DNA of 64,000 nt from Octopus sinensis (GCF_006345805.1 NC_043011.1:30702464-30766463), one strand, 5' to 3'; positions 12,246 to 25,415 are shown, counted from the first letter of the stretch. The notes: generated by a model not told the origin, from the letters alone. Numbers and translations: made by a program.

Positions 12246-12800
12246 CATGGTGGCTGACCCCTCGTTATCGAGTATGGCCATTGCACGAAGCTTAATCAAT
12301 GTTGTTATCGTGCAATGCCTGTGCAAGAAGATTTTTTTTAAGTGAGGAAAGGCTGTGCACTGAGTCAATCCCACTCACTAAGCAACTGCAGCCATAATCC
12401 GAAAAGAAGAACAAGTCAACATCATCAGTAACCACTGAGCCGCAGGTTTTATGTCCGAGTTATCCCAGTTACCTGAGTTACCTTCTCCTAGAAGGATGCC
12501 CTAACAAAGGCTAGGAGTCCTTCACTCCCAATGGTTTAACCGCGCGATCGGGTATTCAGTTCGATTATTTCTATGTCCCCGCGCATGATACAGCCTTAAG
12601 ACATTTATTGGATGGCCGTTGACTCTCAAGAGTTCCTCCGCCTTTTGTCGGGTTTTGTTTTTCATCCCGCAGGGTGTCCAATAAACACCCTCCTCACCAA
12701 GCAAGCTTGGTAGGGTTGCCGGTTTAGTCGCCGACGACCCGACCATGCAACAGGTTATACAGGGTTACATGTTACCAGTAGCACTTGAAAGTGACCTGAC
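12246..12800 (-). mobile_element. RTE 5'-UTR-related non-coding repeat
   Basis: Minus strand ..ggactcctagcctttgttagggcatccttctaggagaaggtaactc resembles RTE/BovB 5' UTRs. It shares a motif with 3990-4219 and holds several perfect hairpins. Confidence 0.5.
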
Positions 12801-13320
12801 ATATACATACATGCATACATACATACATACATACATACATACATACATACACAAATACCCTGTTGTTGATGTTGAAATTCCAATGAAGGAGCCTTGGATC
12901 CAGGCTAGAAACAGATTCTTTCTCTATTGGCAAGAAATCTTCAAATAAAACTGAATAATGACATATGCACATACATACATATATGAACACACGCGCATGC
13001 ACACACATAATATGTATATGTCTATATACTCAACCGCCCTACGCGTATGAATATTATGTTCTCAATAAAGAATCTCATTAAATGTGATGGAGGGTAGAAA
13101 TAGTGAAATACCTTGTGGTGTTTAGTTATATATTCGCATGAACTGATATTACCTTTTGGGCTTCTCAGTTCGGCAGTTAGACCCTGTAATGTACTGGAAT
13201 CACATTAGTGTTCTATATTCAAAAGATTTCACAAAGTAGTCCAGTCAGTGTAGCATACAGATTATCAACGTCCATGTTTGAAGTAATAAATAGAAAATAA
13301 ATGCGCCCTTTTAAAGCCTA

Positions 13321-13541
13321 GCCAGGCTCATGGGCCCGGTTTCCCGGTTTCAATGGCGTATGTGTTCCCCAGTTGGACGGGACGCCAGTCCATCGCAGCG
13401 TTACTCATTTTTGCCAGCTGAGTGGACTGGAGCAACGGGAAATGAAGTGTTTTGCTCAAGAACACAACGCGTCGCCCGGTCCATGAATCGAAACCACAAT
13501 CTTACGATCATGATGCTGACACCCTAACCACTAAGCCACGA
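13321..13541 (-). mobile_element. CORE-type tRNA SINE (family D)
   Basis: Minus strand: tRNA-like head gtggcttagtggttagg followed by CORE-like tgttcttgagcaaaacacttcatttcccgttgctccagtccactcagctggcaaaaatgag. Confidence 0.75.
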
Positions 13542-13544
13542 GAG

Positions 13545-13727
13545 TGTGACAGCCGGTCTCCGTGTCACTGCAGTGTGTGACAGCCTGTGTTCCGGTAGTC
13601 GTATGATATGTTCGATCAATCGCAATCTTCGCTTCTTGATGATATCTGATAGGTTGTCTAGCCGCATGACCTCATCATTGTTGATGTAGTCCCACCACGA
13701 TAGTCCAAGGAGGTGGGGTACAAACAC
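13545..13727 (-). pseudogene. LINE ORF2 C-terminal fragment
   Basis: LLGLSWWDYINNDEV..IIKKRRLRLIEHIIRLPEHR matches the post-RT 'W..H..N.EV..RRLRW.GH..R' region. Confidence 0.65.
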
Positions 13728-14227
13728 GGTGACTTTAAATTAAGACTATGTATTTGTTAACAATCCAGTATAGCCGGTCCCAAACCCGGTTAGGCAGGGA
13801 AGTGGTTGTAGGCGTAGGTTTAACAGCTCTGCACTATCAATTTTCCTACATATCATTGAAATGCCTACAAATACATTTATCAAGGAGAGGGAATCATTGT
13901 TGAACAACGGTTAAATCAACCAATGATAAATGTGACAATTTTTTTTTTAAATTGAATCAGTTGAGACACTATATTTCACATCAATATAAAATTAGAAATA
14001 AGTGATGCAATGAGGGGTAGGATTATCTCACAAAATAGTGTTTGTGCGCTTTTCTTTCTATTGTTTTTTTATTACATTTGATTTCTTTTTATTTTCTTCT
14101 TTCTTAAACTTATTTTGTCTTCTCTTTCATCTGTTATATATTTGCCATTAATCATCTTTTTGTTTTCATCTTCTTTATCATTTTCATTGTATTTTTCAAA
14201 TACATTTTCTTTTATTCGGTCTATTTA

Positions 14228-14229
14228 TC

Positions 14230-14286
<57 letters not shown>

Positions 14287-14536
14287 GCATATGTTTGTAT
14301 GTATCTACATCTATATATATATATCTTATATATATATCTCTCTCTCTTTTTCTCTCTCTCTTTTTCTATATATATATGGTTATACACACACCCACACATA
14401 TATATATGCATACATACATATGCATACTTGTATGCATGTATGTATGTATGTATGTATGTATGTATGTATGCATGTATATATGTATGTATGCATGTATGTA
14501 CATATGTATATATGTATGTATGTGTGTATGTATGTG
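14228..14536. repeat. Compound (GATA)n/(TA)n/(CT)n/(TGTA)n microsatellite
   Basis: Direct reading. Confidence 0.9.
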
Positions 14537-15134
14537 CGAAAACGGGAGATTGGAAAAAATGGTTGGTCTTATTTGTATATGTATATATTATTTTCTTGTT
14601 AACGAGTTTACAATGTTAATTTAGCTTCAGTAGTGACTGAATCTGTTCACAACTAGTGACTGTATATGCAGTATAAAAACCAAATGTGTATCGTCATCTG
14701 AGAAGGAAAGTAACGTATGATGAAGAGTTAAAATGTTAAAAATGGACACAACAGTGTAGTTAAGTTAGATTGTGTCACAAGAGAAGTTCCAGCTTTTTGG
14801 CCAAGCTGTTCGGCCTAACAATGGCCGACGAGTCTTGGAAGACCATTTCTGTCTGTCAAATACCTTGATTCATACAACTGCACATACATATATTCAAGTT
14901 TGTATTAAAGTGCCTACACTATCTAAAACTGTATATACAGACACACACAATAATGCCTACTCATAACATTTATATTGGAACACACATATAAGCATACGTT
15001 CTAACTTCTCTATGTACAAGATATATCGAGTAGAATGTCATTCTCATATATGCATTCTCGCATGTATGAGAATACAAAAAAATATATAAATATATACCTT
15101 TATGTATATAACTATATAAAGTTATACATATATA

Positions 15135-15593
15135 CGAGCAAAACGCCCTCCGTCCAAGGGACGGTGCTGAGTTGTGAAACATTTAAGCCAAATTTTCTCA
15201 AAACAACTTGTCCGACCGTGCCATAGGCCTCCCCTTTGAGAAACACTGATTTAACCTAAATTTGAGACACCAGCAAAAGAAGAAATAAAGATAGACTTTT
15301 TTTGTATTCCAAAGAAAAACTATTTTATTCACACAAATATGCAACCGAAGAGTTTAAAGTACCAGTAAGTATATCGCAACAGCTGATGTACTTGCACGTA
15401 CAAATGCACATTCCCACGGCTTTATCGATCGCATTCTCACTTGGAATCGATTTTTGTAATTTTTTCAAGTCTTATATACGCCCTGATACAGTCGGTATCT
15501 ACATATCAAATTTGAGCGCAATCGAATGGAAGATGTCCGAGATCCTAGAAGACACACACACAAAGACAGGCAGAACGGATTTTATATAATAGA
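15135..15593 (-). mobile_element. Non-autonomous Helitron-like element, copy 1 of the CTCG-end family
   Basis: Minus strand starts TCTATTATATAAAA and ends with a 6-bp hairpin (ccgtcc/ggacgg, 15150-15164) then CTCG. A second copy lies at 37500-37860. Confidence 0.7.
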
Positions 15594-15870
15594 TATATAT
15601 TTTACAAGTATCCACGCGCGTGCGCACACATACATACACACACAGACACACATACACGTTTTTGCCTTTTCGCTTTAGCTTTAGTCATATTGTATGCGCG
15701 CCTACAAGTCGAGCGGACACCCGTAGATATTTATGTTCGTCTGTTCTTCTTGTGTACGTTTCATTTTCTCATATCCCATTATAACTTTGTGGCCTGCGTG
15801 TCTATCTAATTTTCTGTTATCCAGTCAGGTACTTGTGCTGCAAATGATTTATCTCTCAAAACTTACTCAC

Positions 15871-15936
<66 letters not shown>

Positions 15937-15944
<8 letters not shown>

Positions 15945-16180
15945 AAATAGTAAAAAGTGAAAAAACTACAGAAGGCTTGTTTTAAAAGGTTAAAAAATAT
16001 ATTTGAGTCATTATGTCAGAAGAATGTTATAAATTTTTTTCATACAGTGACATCAAAAACTATGTCAGTTTAAGAAAAAAATTTATAACATTCTTCTGAC
16101 ATAATGACTCAAATATATATTTTTTAACCTTTTAAAACAAGCCTTCTGTAGTTTTTTCACTTTTTACTATTTTCTATATA
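15937..16180. repeat. Near-perfect fold-back (arms 15937-16040 and 16074-16180); possible TA-targeting MITE
   Basis: Arms of about 105 bp are reverse complements, with TATATA on both sides. Confidence 0.9.
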
Positions 16181-16214
16181 TTCAACCACGTGCTTTCACA
16201 CACCAACTTTCTCA

Positions 16215-16252
<38 letters not shown>

Positions 16253-16407
16253 GGTCCCGGGTTGAGTCGGGGTTAACCACAGTAAATAAGGTACTCAATA
16301 CATAGCAGAGTAAATTAATTTATTTTATAGAAGGAGCTTCTACAGATATATATATATAACTAGCTAATTAATAAACCGATTAGCTGACTACTTATCCACC
16401 CCTAAGT

Positions 16408-16545
<138 letters not shown>

Positions 16546-16868
16546 TCAGAAACAGAAAATAGAATTCACGAGATTATTCAAAAGCACTGCAATTATTCTG
16601 ACTCATTCTCACACCTAGCTCATAGGTAAGATATTGTGCAATAAATTGTATAGCATCAGGGGTGTAGAATGTGCCTCGGCAGGTGACTTTTTAAACATGT
16701 TCCTCGCTTTATCTACTCGCAATTTCACTTTGCATTCCTGTAGTTCTCAGTCGCAGCTGGGATCAAGATACACTTATAGTCAGAAAATACAAAAAAGAAA
16801 AGAAAATATACCGATACAAGATGGTTGACAAATAAAGAATATATAGATAAAAGACAGAATCAAATTAT

Positions 16869-17563
16869 AACAAGAACACTCAGAGATCGCAAACCCCTGC
16901 CAAGGCAACACCAACGTCCTTATTTCTTTAATTAGGCACAAGGCCTCAATAGAGAAATGTAAATTTCTCCAACTTGCAGTACCTCTGCTGACAGGCTTTT
17001 GCCAGTCACCGCAGCATAACTGCCCGCTTGCACTGGTGTACCTTCCATAACGATATTGTTCGCAACTTCACCCATTAATGGGGAAGAAAATTTTAAAAAA
17101 CGGTAACAACAAGTTCGACAATTTCAGGTAACAATAATCCAACAATTCAGTAAATAACTCTTTAACAATAACAGTACTCATATGGAGCGTATACACTTCA
17201 AGCTCAACTGACTCAAATACAACGCTAACGACAACACCAATGTCCTCTCAACGATCAGCCGGAGATGATTTTAAAAATGAGAATATCTGAAATAAACTCG
17301 ACTGCTCTCACAAAAGAGAATACTAAAAATGAACCCGACTGCTCTCAAAAATTAAGTAAAAGAAGCAGGATAAATAATCCAGAATCCTTGTCCGGTACCG
17401 GATCGATCCCAAACTCTAATCAGTTCGTGTCAGTAACGGGACCAAACATCCCTGAATGTTTCATCCGAATCTATACCGCGGTTCTTGAGATAGTTTGTCC
17501 ACGGGCAAACAAACAAACAAACATGACTGAAAACAAACTCCGCCTTCGCTAATGCGGAGATAA
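16869..17563 (+). mobile_element. Helentron-associated (HINE/DINE-like) non-autonomous element
   Basis: Starts aacaagaacactcagagatcgcaaacccctgccaagg and ends with (CAAA)n plus the stem-loop ctccgc-cttcgctaat-gcggag, the layout recalled for this class. Confidence 0.55.
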
Positions 17564-17636
17564 TAACAGAATCTATATAGATAAACATACTCGGAATCAA
17601 AGAATACAGATACATATTGTGACTGTATTATATATT

Positions 17637-18056
17637 GTGGTTGTGTGGTAAGAAGCTTGTTTCACATCCAAATGGTCCTGGTTTCACATCCGAATGGTCC
17701 CGGTTTCGGTCTCACTGCGTGGCACCTTGGGAAGGTGTCTTCTACTATAGCCTCGGGCCAACCAAAGCCTTGTGAGTGGATTTGGTCGAAGGAAACTGAG
17801 AGAAGCCTGTCGTTTACAAATATGTGTATATATCTATGTGTGTGTGTCTTTGTGTCTATGTTTGTCCCCCACCAACACTTGAAAACTGGTGTTGATGTGT
17901 TTACGTTCCCGTAACTTAGCAGTTCGGCCAAAGAAACCGATAAGATGAGTAGTAGGCTTTTTAAAAATAAATCCTAGGGTCGGTTTGTTCGACTAAAACC
18001 CTTCAAGGCGGTGCCCCTGCATGGCTGCAGTCAAATGACTGAAGCAAGTAAAAAAT
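17637..18056 (+). mobile_element. SINE family A
   Basis: Head, CORE-like region, internal microsatellite and tail are all present. Confidence 0.85.
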
Positions 18057-18109
18057 ATAGATATGACGTGGGATTTTAATTCTTCATTGTACACGCATGT
18101 ATATTTTTT

Positions 18110-18582
18110 AGCATGTGTGTGTATATATATATATATGTGTGTGTGTGTGTACATGTATATATGTATGTAAGTATGTATTATGTATGAATGCATGTATGTA
18201 TGTATGTATGTATGTATGTATGTATGTATGTATGTATGTATGTATGTGTGTATTTCTATATGTGTGTATGTATGTATAAATGTATGTGTGTATGCATGTA
18301 TGGATGCGTGTATGTATGTATGGATGTATGTATATATGTGTGTAGAAGTACAGTATATATGCATGTATTTATGCATGCATGTATGTATGTATGTATGTAT
18401 GTATTTACGCATGTATGTATTTATTTATGTATGCATGTATGTAGTTATGAATGTATTTATGTATGTATGTATGTATGTATGTATGTATGTATGTATGTAT
18501 GTATGTATGTGTATGTATGTATGTATGTATGCATGTATGTATGTATGTATGTATGTATGTATGTATGTATGTATGTATGTAT
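18110..18582. repeat. (TGTA)n microsatellite array
   Basis: Direct reading. Confidence 0.95.
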
Positions 18583-19712
18583 GATTCCTTTTTACCATTT
18601 GAATTTTTCTTTAAAGTAGGGGCTGCTTTTTAACAAAGAAAGAACACTCCATTGCTGAAATTCAAACGCGACGGTTGAGCGTTATACGTTGAATCGAGAA
18701 AAAGTTATATTTTCTTTTCCGCTTTGGGGTTAGTATTCGAAAAAGCGAATTTTGAATATCCTCTTCTTTTACCTGAAAATCAATATTTCCAGGTATAGAA
18801 GTGAATTTATAATCTGGATAGAGAGGTTGTGAGTTTCGAAGCAATTGTCCGTAGTTATTCTATTTTACAAAGAAATATTAACCTATTCAGCGTAGCTGAG
18901 CTCTATGGCTGTTCATAGTTCTTCATTTCTGCATCAAACAATACCTCAGCCTATTATATTAGATATGGGAGATGTTTTGAGGAAGTTGTTTTGCTAATAT
19001 TTCGTGTGTCGAATCACACGTATGTACTCAAAAATAGAAGTATTTGCAATATTTACCCCCAGAGCTTTCAGCTTTTGTGGTATATATTGTGTATTGCATT
19101 TTCAACACCATGCTGCTTCGAAAAATACTACCATAGTGATATTTTGGGGTTGCTGCTGATTTACAAACTGTGACATAATGGATATTTTTGGTTACGTTTG
19201 GTGATTCAATGAATTCCTCGTCGCTTTTTTACCTCTTTGCAGCTATCTTCTGCTCTGGAATTTCAAAAGAGTAACCGTCCAAATGTTCTGCTGTTTCGTT
19301 GTAACGCCTCTTATACAACAGAAGTTAAATTTCCCGTCGATATTGCCTTTGTTCTCAAGTTTTCAGGAAGTATACCCATGCACACACCCATCTAGGGCAT
19401 CAAGGGAAGGGGCACACCACAGCAATGATAAATGATTCACGGTACAAAAAAAAATCGCTTTAAACTTGCTAAAATAATATTCGAAGTTATTTATATGATC
19501 GGAAATATAATTTTGAAGTGTCCATGCCGTAATAGTGAATATTAGATCAAAGACTTTGCAATTATAAAAAAAGTAGAAAACTTTTGAAATATAAATAAAA
19601 TGGAAGTGTATAAAACTAAACCATTATTTATTTTCCATCTTCCTGTTAACTTTATTTCATTTTGAAAAATAAAAATTTATTTTATGGCTTGTTACTGTTT
19701 ATATTTACATAT

Positions 19713-19905
19713 AAGGCGAGGAGCTTGCATAATCGTTAACCCGACGGACAAAATGCTTAACAACATTTCATCTGAGTTCAATTCTGCCGGGATCGACTTT
19801 ACTATTTATCCTTTCAAGGTGATAAAATAAGTACCAGTTGAGCACTAGGGGTCAATATAATCGACTTATCCCTTCCTTGATATTGCTGGCCTTGAGCCAA
19901 AATTT
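19713..19905 (+). mobile_element. SINE family B, degenerate
   Basis: Similarity to the family B head and body. Confidence 0.7.
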
Positions 19906-19917
19906 TATATATATATA

Positions 19918-20288
19918 CAGGGTGATTAAAAAGTCTCCATACATAGGAAAAATATGTTTTTTATGGGAATCAGTTTATATGATCCCCTAGATCCCCTGAG
20001 CTGACCCCTCTTGATTTCTAACTTTAGGGGCATTTGAAAGGCATGGTGTATCGCGGAAAGACAAAAGACATAAATCATTTGAATGAACGCATCACCAACT
20101 CATTTGCACAAGTATCACCAGATGTGCTATCAGGAGTTTACAGTGAGTGGGATAAACGTATTGCAATGTGTATTCAAAACAATGGTAACCATACAGAGCC
20201 TGTTAGATAAAAAAAAACCTTTTCTTATAAACTGTTTCTTATAAAAAGATAAATTGTTCCTATGTATGGCGACTTTCGTATCACCCTG
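19918..20288 (+). mobile_element. Internally deleted Tc1/mariner-superfamily element with ~30-bp TIRs and TA TSD
   Basis: TIRs cagggtgattaaaaagtctccatacatagg / cctatgtatggcgactttcgtatcaccctg. The interior encodes PRSPELTPLDF*L*GHLKGMVY..WDKRIAMCIQNNGNH (SPDLTPLDFFLWG-type C-terminus). Confidence 0.85.
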
Positions 20289-20304
20289 TATATATGTATG
20301 TATG

Positions 20305-20473
<169 letters not shown>

Positions 20474-20492
20474 AGATAGATAGATAGATATA

Positions 20493-21653
20493 CTAGCAGA
20501 GACACCCGGTGTTGCTCAGAATAAAAATGGCATATTTTGTATATAATATTTTACAGTTATGTTGAAATAGGCGATATGGGAAAGTGCAGCATTGACAACA
20601 AAACATTTGTAGAGCAAATGATGGACTAATTCGACTAAGCAACATGCTATGTGTCTGTTTGGAGTATTTCAGATCCTAACCTGTGGGAGTTATGTGATAT
20701 TTGAACGCACCGAGAAGCTGTCAGTAGATATACTCTCTTTTGCAGCAGTCGACGCGCTGTCTAACGCGACCTATCATCTGAAATGTTGACATTTCCTTCG
20801 GGTTTGCTGTCCTACATCACTCATAAAGTAAATTTGGAGGAACTATGGTTGTTTATTTGTGGGTAACAGAGAACCAATGAAGTGACAGACTTGCCCTTGA
20901 ACTTTGGCGTCGTCGTATATTCATGTTTATCTATCTTCTTAGACGCACCAAACGATGTCATTTTCAGGGTTGTATTGTCTGATATTATTCAGAAAATCCT
21001 TTGACTGGATGGAAATGCCTTCTAGAAGATCCATAAGAGGTTGAGAAGGAGCTGGTAGTTCTGGCTATGTTACCTGACCGTCTGAGCAGCACATACCATT
21101 TGTTTCATTCGAAAATGTTAAAGCTCTACAGAAAAGACAATTTGTGTTTAGCACACCAATTTGGACAGAGTTATTACTTTTATAAGAATGGGATGGATCA
21201 TATCTGAAAACAGCTTCAGGAGTTGTGAAGAAAGAATTCGTACGTAGTCTGTTTCTGAGAGCTATCCTATTGGACATCTGCCTAATCATTAAAACATTGA
21301 TTTAATGATCCAGCATTAAGTGCTGCAACATGCATTTGCCGATGTTGAGAAAATCTCATCTAGCTTCTCTCTTCAGACTCTCGCCTTCGGTTTTCTACAA
21401 TCCTCCTTGCTTTATACTTGTTTCTGGAGAGATTACGTCTTTTCTTTAGTAGCATATTTTTCCCAATATTGTAAACAAAACATTATGAACATAGAAAGAA
21501 ATTATACATTAATCCCTATTTTTGTAATCAGTTGTATCCGTAAAAATTTTATTTCAAGAGAGCAGAAATTGAAAGAAGATAAAGCGAAAAGAACAGAGAA
21601 AGAAAGTGAAAGATGTATGTACGTCTATATGAAATGGACGTGTGTGTGTGTGT

Positions 21654-21711
<58 letters not shown>

Positions 21712-22510
21712 ACGTGTGAGTGTGCGTGTGTATGTAGTGCGTGCGTGCTTGCGCGTGTGTATGTGCGAGAGAAAGAGAGATAGTGAATGAGTGAAGGGAT
21801 GTGTCGCGATGATTGACGTATTTTAAGGTACACACACATATAGAATAAGTGACGTAATCGTATAAAATTTTTACAATAGTTAATTTATGGAAAAGATTAT
21901 GTTAAACTTTTGAAATGCAAATATGTGAATGAAAATTAAGTTTAATTTGTAGCCAAAATAGTACTGAATCTTTTGATACCCCATACGTCAAAATCTGTAA
22001 CTCGGTTTTGGAATGCATAAGGGATATATAATATCAATGAGGCCGACCTCTACATGGTAGCTAGACCTGGTAGAAATAACTGTAAAATCTCCCTCAAGCA
22101 CCCTACTGTCTTAATCCGACAATTCTGCCTATTAGGTTGTTTGAATGAGAAACTTTAACTAAAGATTAAGATTATTAACCCCACAGAGAGAGGAAAGAAG
22201 AGAGACAGCATAGCCACGGTTTTTACTGACTGTCATCCTGTACTCCCCTTGTTGCTAGCGAAATGGTATATGCCGGCTATGTGAGCAACTGGTTTGTTTT
22301 AATGGCGGAACAAACAGGACATTAAAGATTACAAAAATAGCGATTCTCACTTTGAAACTAACGGTTTTGAAAATCGTTTTAGATTACGGAACGCCCAGCT
22401 CTCTCATGTATCCATGTTTAAAATTTCAGCCCGATCGAATGAACAATACTCGAGTTATAAGCGCACAGACAGACAGACAGACAGACGGAACGGATTATAT
22501 ATATATATAT
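20493..22510 (-). mobile_element. Internally deleted Helitron (~2 kb), possibly with nested repeats
   Basis: Minus-strand 3' CTAG at 20493-20496 with a hairpin remnant. 5'-end pattern (GACA)n..attatatatat at 22465-22510. Rep-like coding lies between them in the same orientation. Confidence 0.65.
20800..21400 (-). pseudogene. Helitron Rep/helicase N-terminal region, disrupted
   Basis: FRYDP..IGVLNTNCLFCRALTFSNETNGMCCSDGQV, FLNNIRQYN..MTSFGA and KVQGQVCHFIGSLLP..FLQIYF are typical Helitron RepHel motifs. Confidence 0.85.
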
Positions 22511-22514
22511 ATAT

Positions 22515-22922
22515 AAAGAGGAAGTAAGAGGCTAAAAATAAAATCAAGTAGCCTTTAAATATTGGATGAAATGATATCACACTGTCAGCTTCTAGATAAC
22601 AACAATTGTATTGTTAGAATGCTCACTTTATGATGACGATCTATACTTGACCAGAATAGAATTACTATACGACTAGCGTACCTCATAAAAGACATGGAAA
22701 ACAAATATTCTGCACACTAAAAGAAAAAAGGCCCACTTTGATGTATCTATATATATATATATAATATATAGGTACATCAAAGTGGGCCTTTTTTCTTTTA
22801 GTGTGCACTAAAAGAAAAAAGGCCCACTTTGATGTACCTATATATATATATATATAGGTACATCAAAGTGGGCCTTTTTTCTTTTAGTGCACACTAAAAG
22901 AAAAAAGGCCCACTTTGATGTA

Positions 22923-23001
<79 letters not shown>

Positions 23002-23293
23002 TACATCAAAGTGGGCCTTTTTTCTTTTAGTGTGCAGAATATTTGTTTTCCATGTCTTTTATGAGGTACGCTAGTCGTATAGTAATTCTATTCTGGTCAA
23101 GTATAGATCGTCATCATAAAGTGAGCATTTTAACAATACAATTGTACTAGTACAAATATGTTCTTTTCCCTTCTGAGCTCTTAATCGATGTATTTATCTT
23201 TGCTGTTGTTATCTAGAAGCTGACAGTGTGATATCATTTCATCCAATATTTAAGGGCTACTTGATTTTATTTTTACCCTCTTACTTCCTCTTT
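22515..23293. repeat. Nested palindrome: ~230-bp inverted arms around six alternating copies of a ~35-bp unit
   Basis: Direct comparison; see findings. Confidence 0.9.
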
Positions 23294-23499
23294 TCTTCCG
23301 AGACAAAACTTGTGTATATAACTTCTGTAGAAACTTACCGTTGATGTTATGATCATGCAGGTTTTAAAAGAGAGGAAATTTCTTTTAATATCTAGTGAGT
23401 GAGTTTTCTCTATAGTGTAGCCTAGTATCCAAAATATTTGTACTAGTACAATTGTATTGATAGATATTGTAAGAAGTACGCCCCGAATTTCTAAGTCAG

Positions 23500-24100
23500 G
23501 CATTATATTCATTGGTTACACTTTGTTCACAAAATCCTTTGTATGATACAAATAAACATCAATACCTTAGTATATATCGCCTACATTGTGTGAACCAGGA
23601 GTAATGCTTTGGGTTTTCTCTTTATCTCTCAAATTTGACAATTTTCTTGGACGAATTCCTTTCCTCTATCCATGGAAAATGTAACTAAATTCAAGCTCTT
23701 CCTCAGCATTGTGAAGAATTCCACTATAGGTCCTTAGATTTTCTACAATAAAGTTACGGGTTACGATGATGTATCTTGCCAGTGTAAACCTTAAAATATA
23801 ATTGCTAGGTTTTTGTAAACGAAATTACTATGCGTTGAGAAGCAAATTAAACAGAACACACATATTATCTCAAACGAATATTTCTTTTGTAAGATTTATA
23901 ACAACGGAGACAATCGTCCGACTTGCAATTATATGTGCAAGTATTATTGACTAGGGTTTTGTTAACCATTCAAAAGGCCACAAGTAAAGCAGTGAATCCA
24001 GCAATCACGAATGAGGGATAACATCGAATGCCTTTCTGTAATTAATCCATGTTGTCAAATGGCTTCCATAGTATTTTCTTACTATACGCAGGATAGTTTT
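23500..24100 (-). pseudogene. Highly decayed R4/Dong-type RT fragment
   Basis: WINYRKAFDVIPHS at about 24011-24052, matching W.DY.KAFDSVPHS, plus a degenerate GIFQGD-like segment. Confidence 0.5.
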
Positions 24101-24231
24101 AGTTATCAAAAGTTATTTAGTTCATACACACAGTTTTTTGGAAGTTTTGAAAATACACAACGCCTTGGTTTTTAGCAGTCCATAAAAATATTTAAATATA
24201 TTCCTGTCTAAAGTTGGCACCAGACCAATAG

Positions 24232-24420
24232 TATCGGTTTCAAATTTTGGCAGAAAGTTAGCAGTCTGGAGGAGTGGGAATTGAGTCGATGAAATCGATC
24301 CCAGTACTCAACTGGTACTTATTTTATCGACCCCAAAAGGATAAATGACAAAGCCGACCACAGCAGAACTTGAACTCACAACGTAAAGACAGAAGAAATG
24401 CCGTTAAGCATTTTCTCTGG
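24232..24420 (-). mobile_element. SINE family B variant
   Basis: Similarity to the family B body, with the ttggtttcaaattttggca tail. Confidence 0.75.
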
Positions 24421-24977
24421 TACGCCTTACTAATCCAGCAGATGTATTAAGATCGTTTGTTTCATTTCTACACATGTATATAAAAGGAATATTTAACTTT
24501 TAGCGTCAGCTCCGAACAAGTATAAGATATTCCATGTAAATTAATTTGATAATATTAATCATAATTTTTTTTTTTTTGAAATTATCACTACTTTCATTTT
24601 CATGAGTTAATAACAAATACCATTAGAGTTTTGTTTTCTTTCACCAGCTTGGAGAGAAATTAAGTCAAATTAGGTTTTTGGCGTACCCCGTTGAATAACA
24701 AGACCTCGCAAATTCATATCACTCGCCCACTAAGTTAATTTCCTTAGTTCATTTCTTAACTTCGAAACAGACACGCATGCGCACACACACACACCCCACA
24801 TAACATACATGTGTGTGTGTGTGTGCGTCTGTGTGTATCTATGTCTGTATACACAGACACACATATTTAAAACTATATTAGCATTGGACTTCGCATGTGT
24901 GAGAGCTAGACAATTAACTCTTAACACCAGTTTCAAACAGATTGCAGTATCAGCATTGCTATTATTAACGCAATAAG

Positions 24978-25038
<61 letters not shown>

Positions 25039-25047
25039 GATCAATCG

Positions 25048-25103
<56 letters not shown>

Positions 25104-25366
25104 GTCTATGTATATATCTATCTATCTAACTATCTATCTATTTATCTAGCTATTTATGTATCTCTCTTTCTATCTATCTATATATATATATATATATATA
25201 TATCTGTCTGTCTATGTATATATCTATCTATCTAACTATCTATTTATCTAGCTATTTATCTATCTCTCTTTCTATCTATCTATCTATCTGTCTGTCTATG
25301 TATATATCTATCTAACTATCTATCTATTTATGTAGCTATTTATCTATCTCTCTTTCTATCTCTCTT

Positions 25367-25415
<49 letters not shown>

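Noticed and set aside
14800-14840. Imperfect hairpin ccaag..ggcc-taacaat-ggcc..cttgg
   Set aside because: Core words are too degenerate on both strands to call a ribozyme.
18610-19465. Possible TTAA-flanked DNA transposon
   Set aside because: No matching terminal inverted repeats found.
22700-23040. Regularly spaced 35-bp repeats suggesting a CRISPR array
   Set aside because: The repeats alternate in orientation, the spacers are (TA)n, and the context is eukaryotic with no cas genes.
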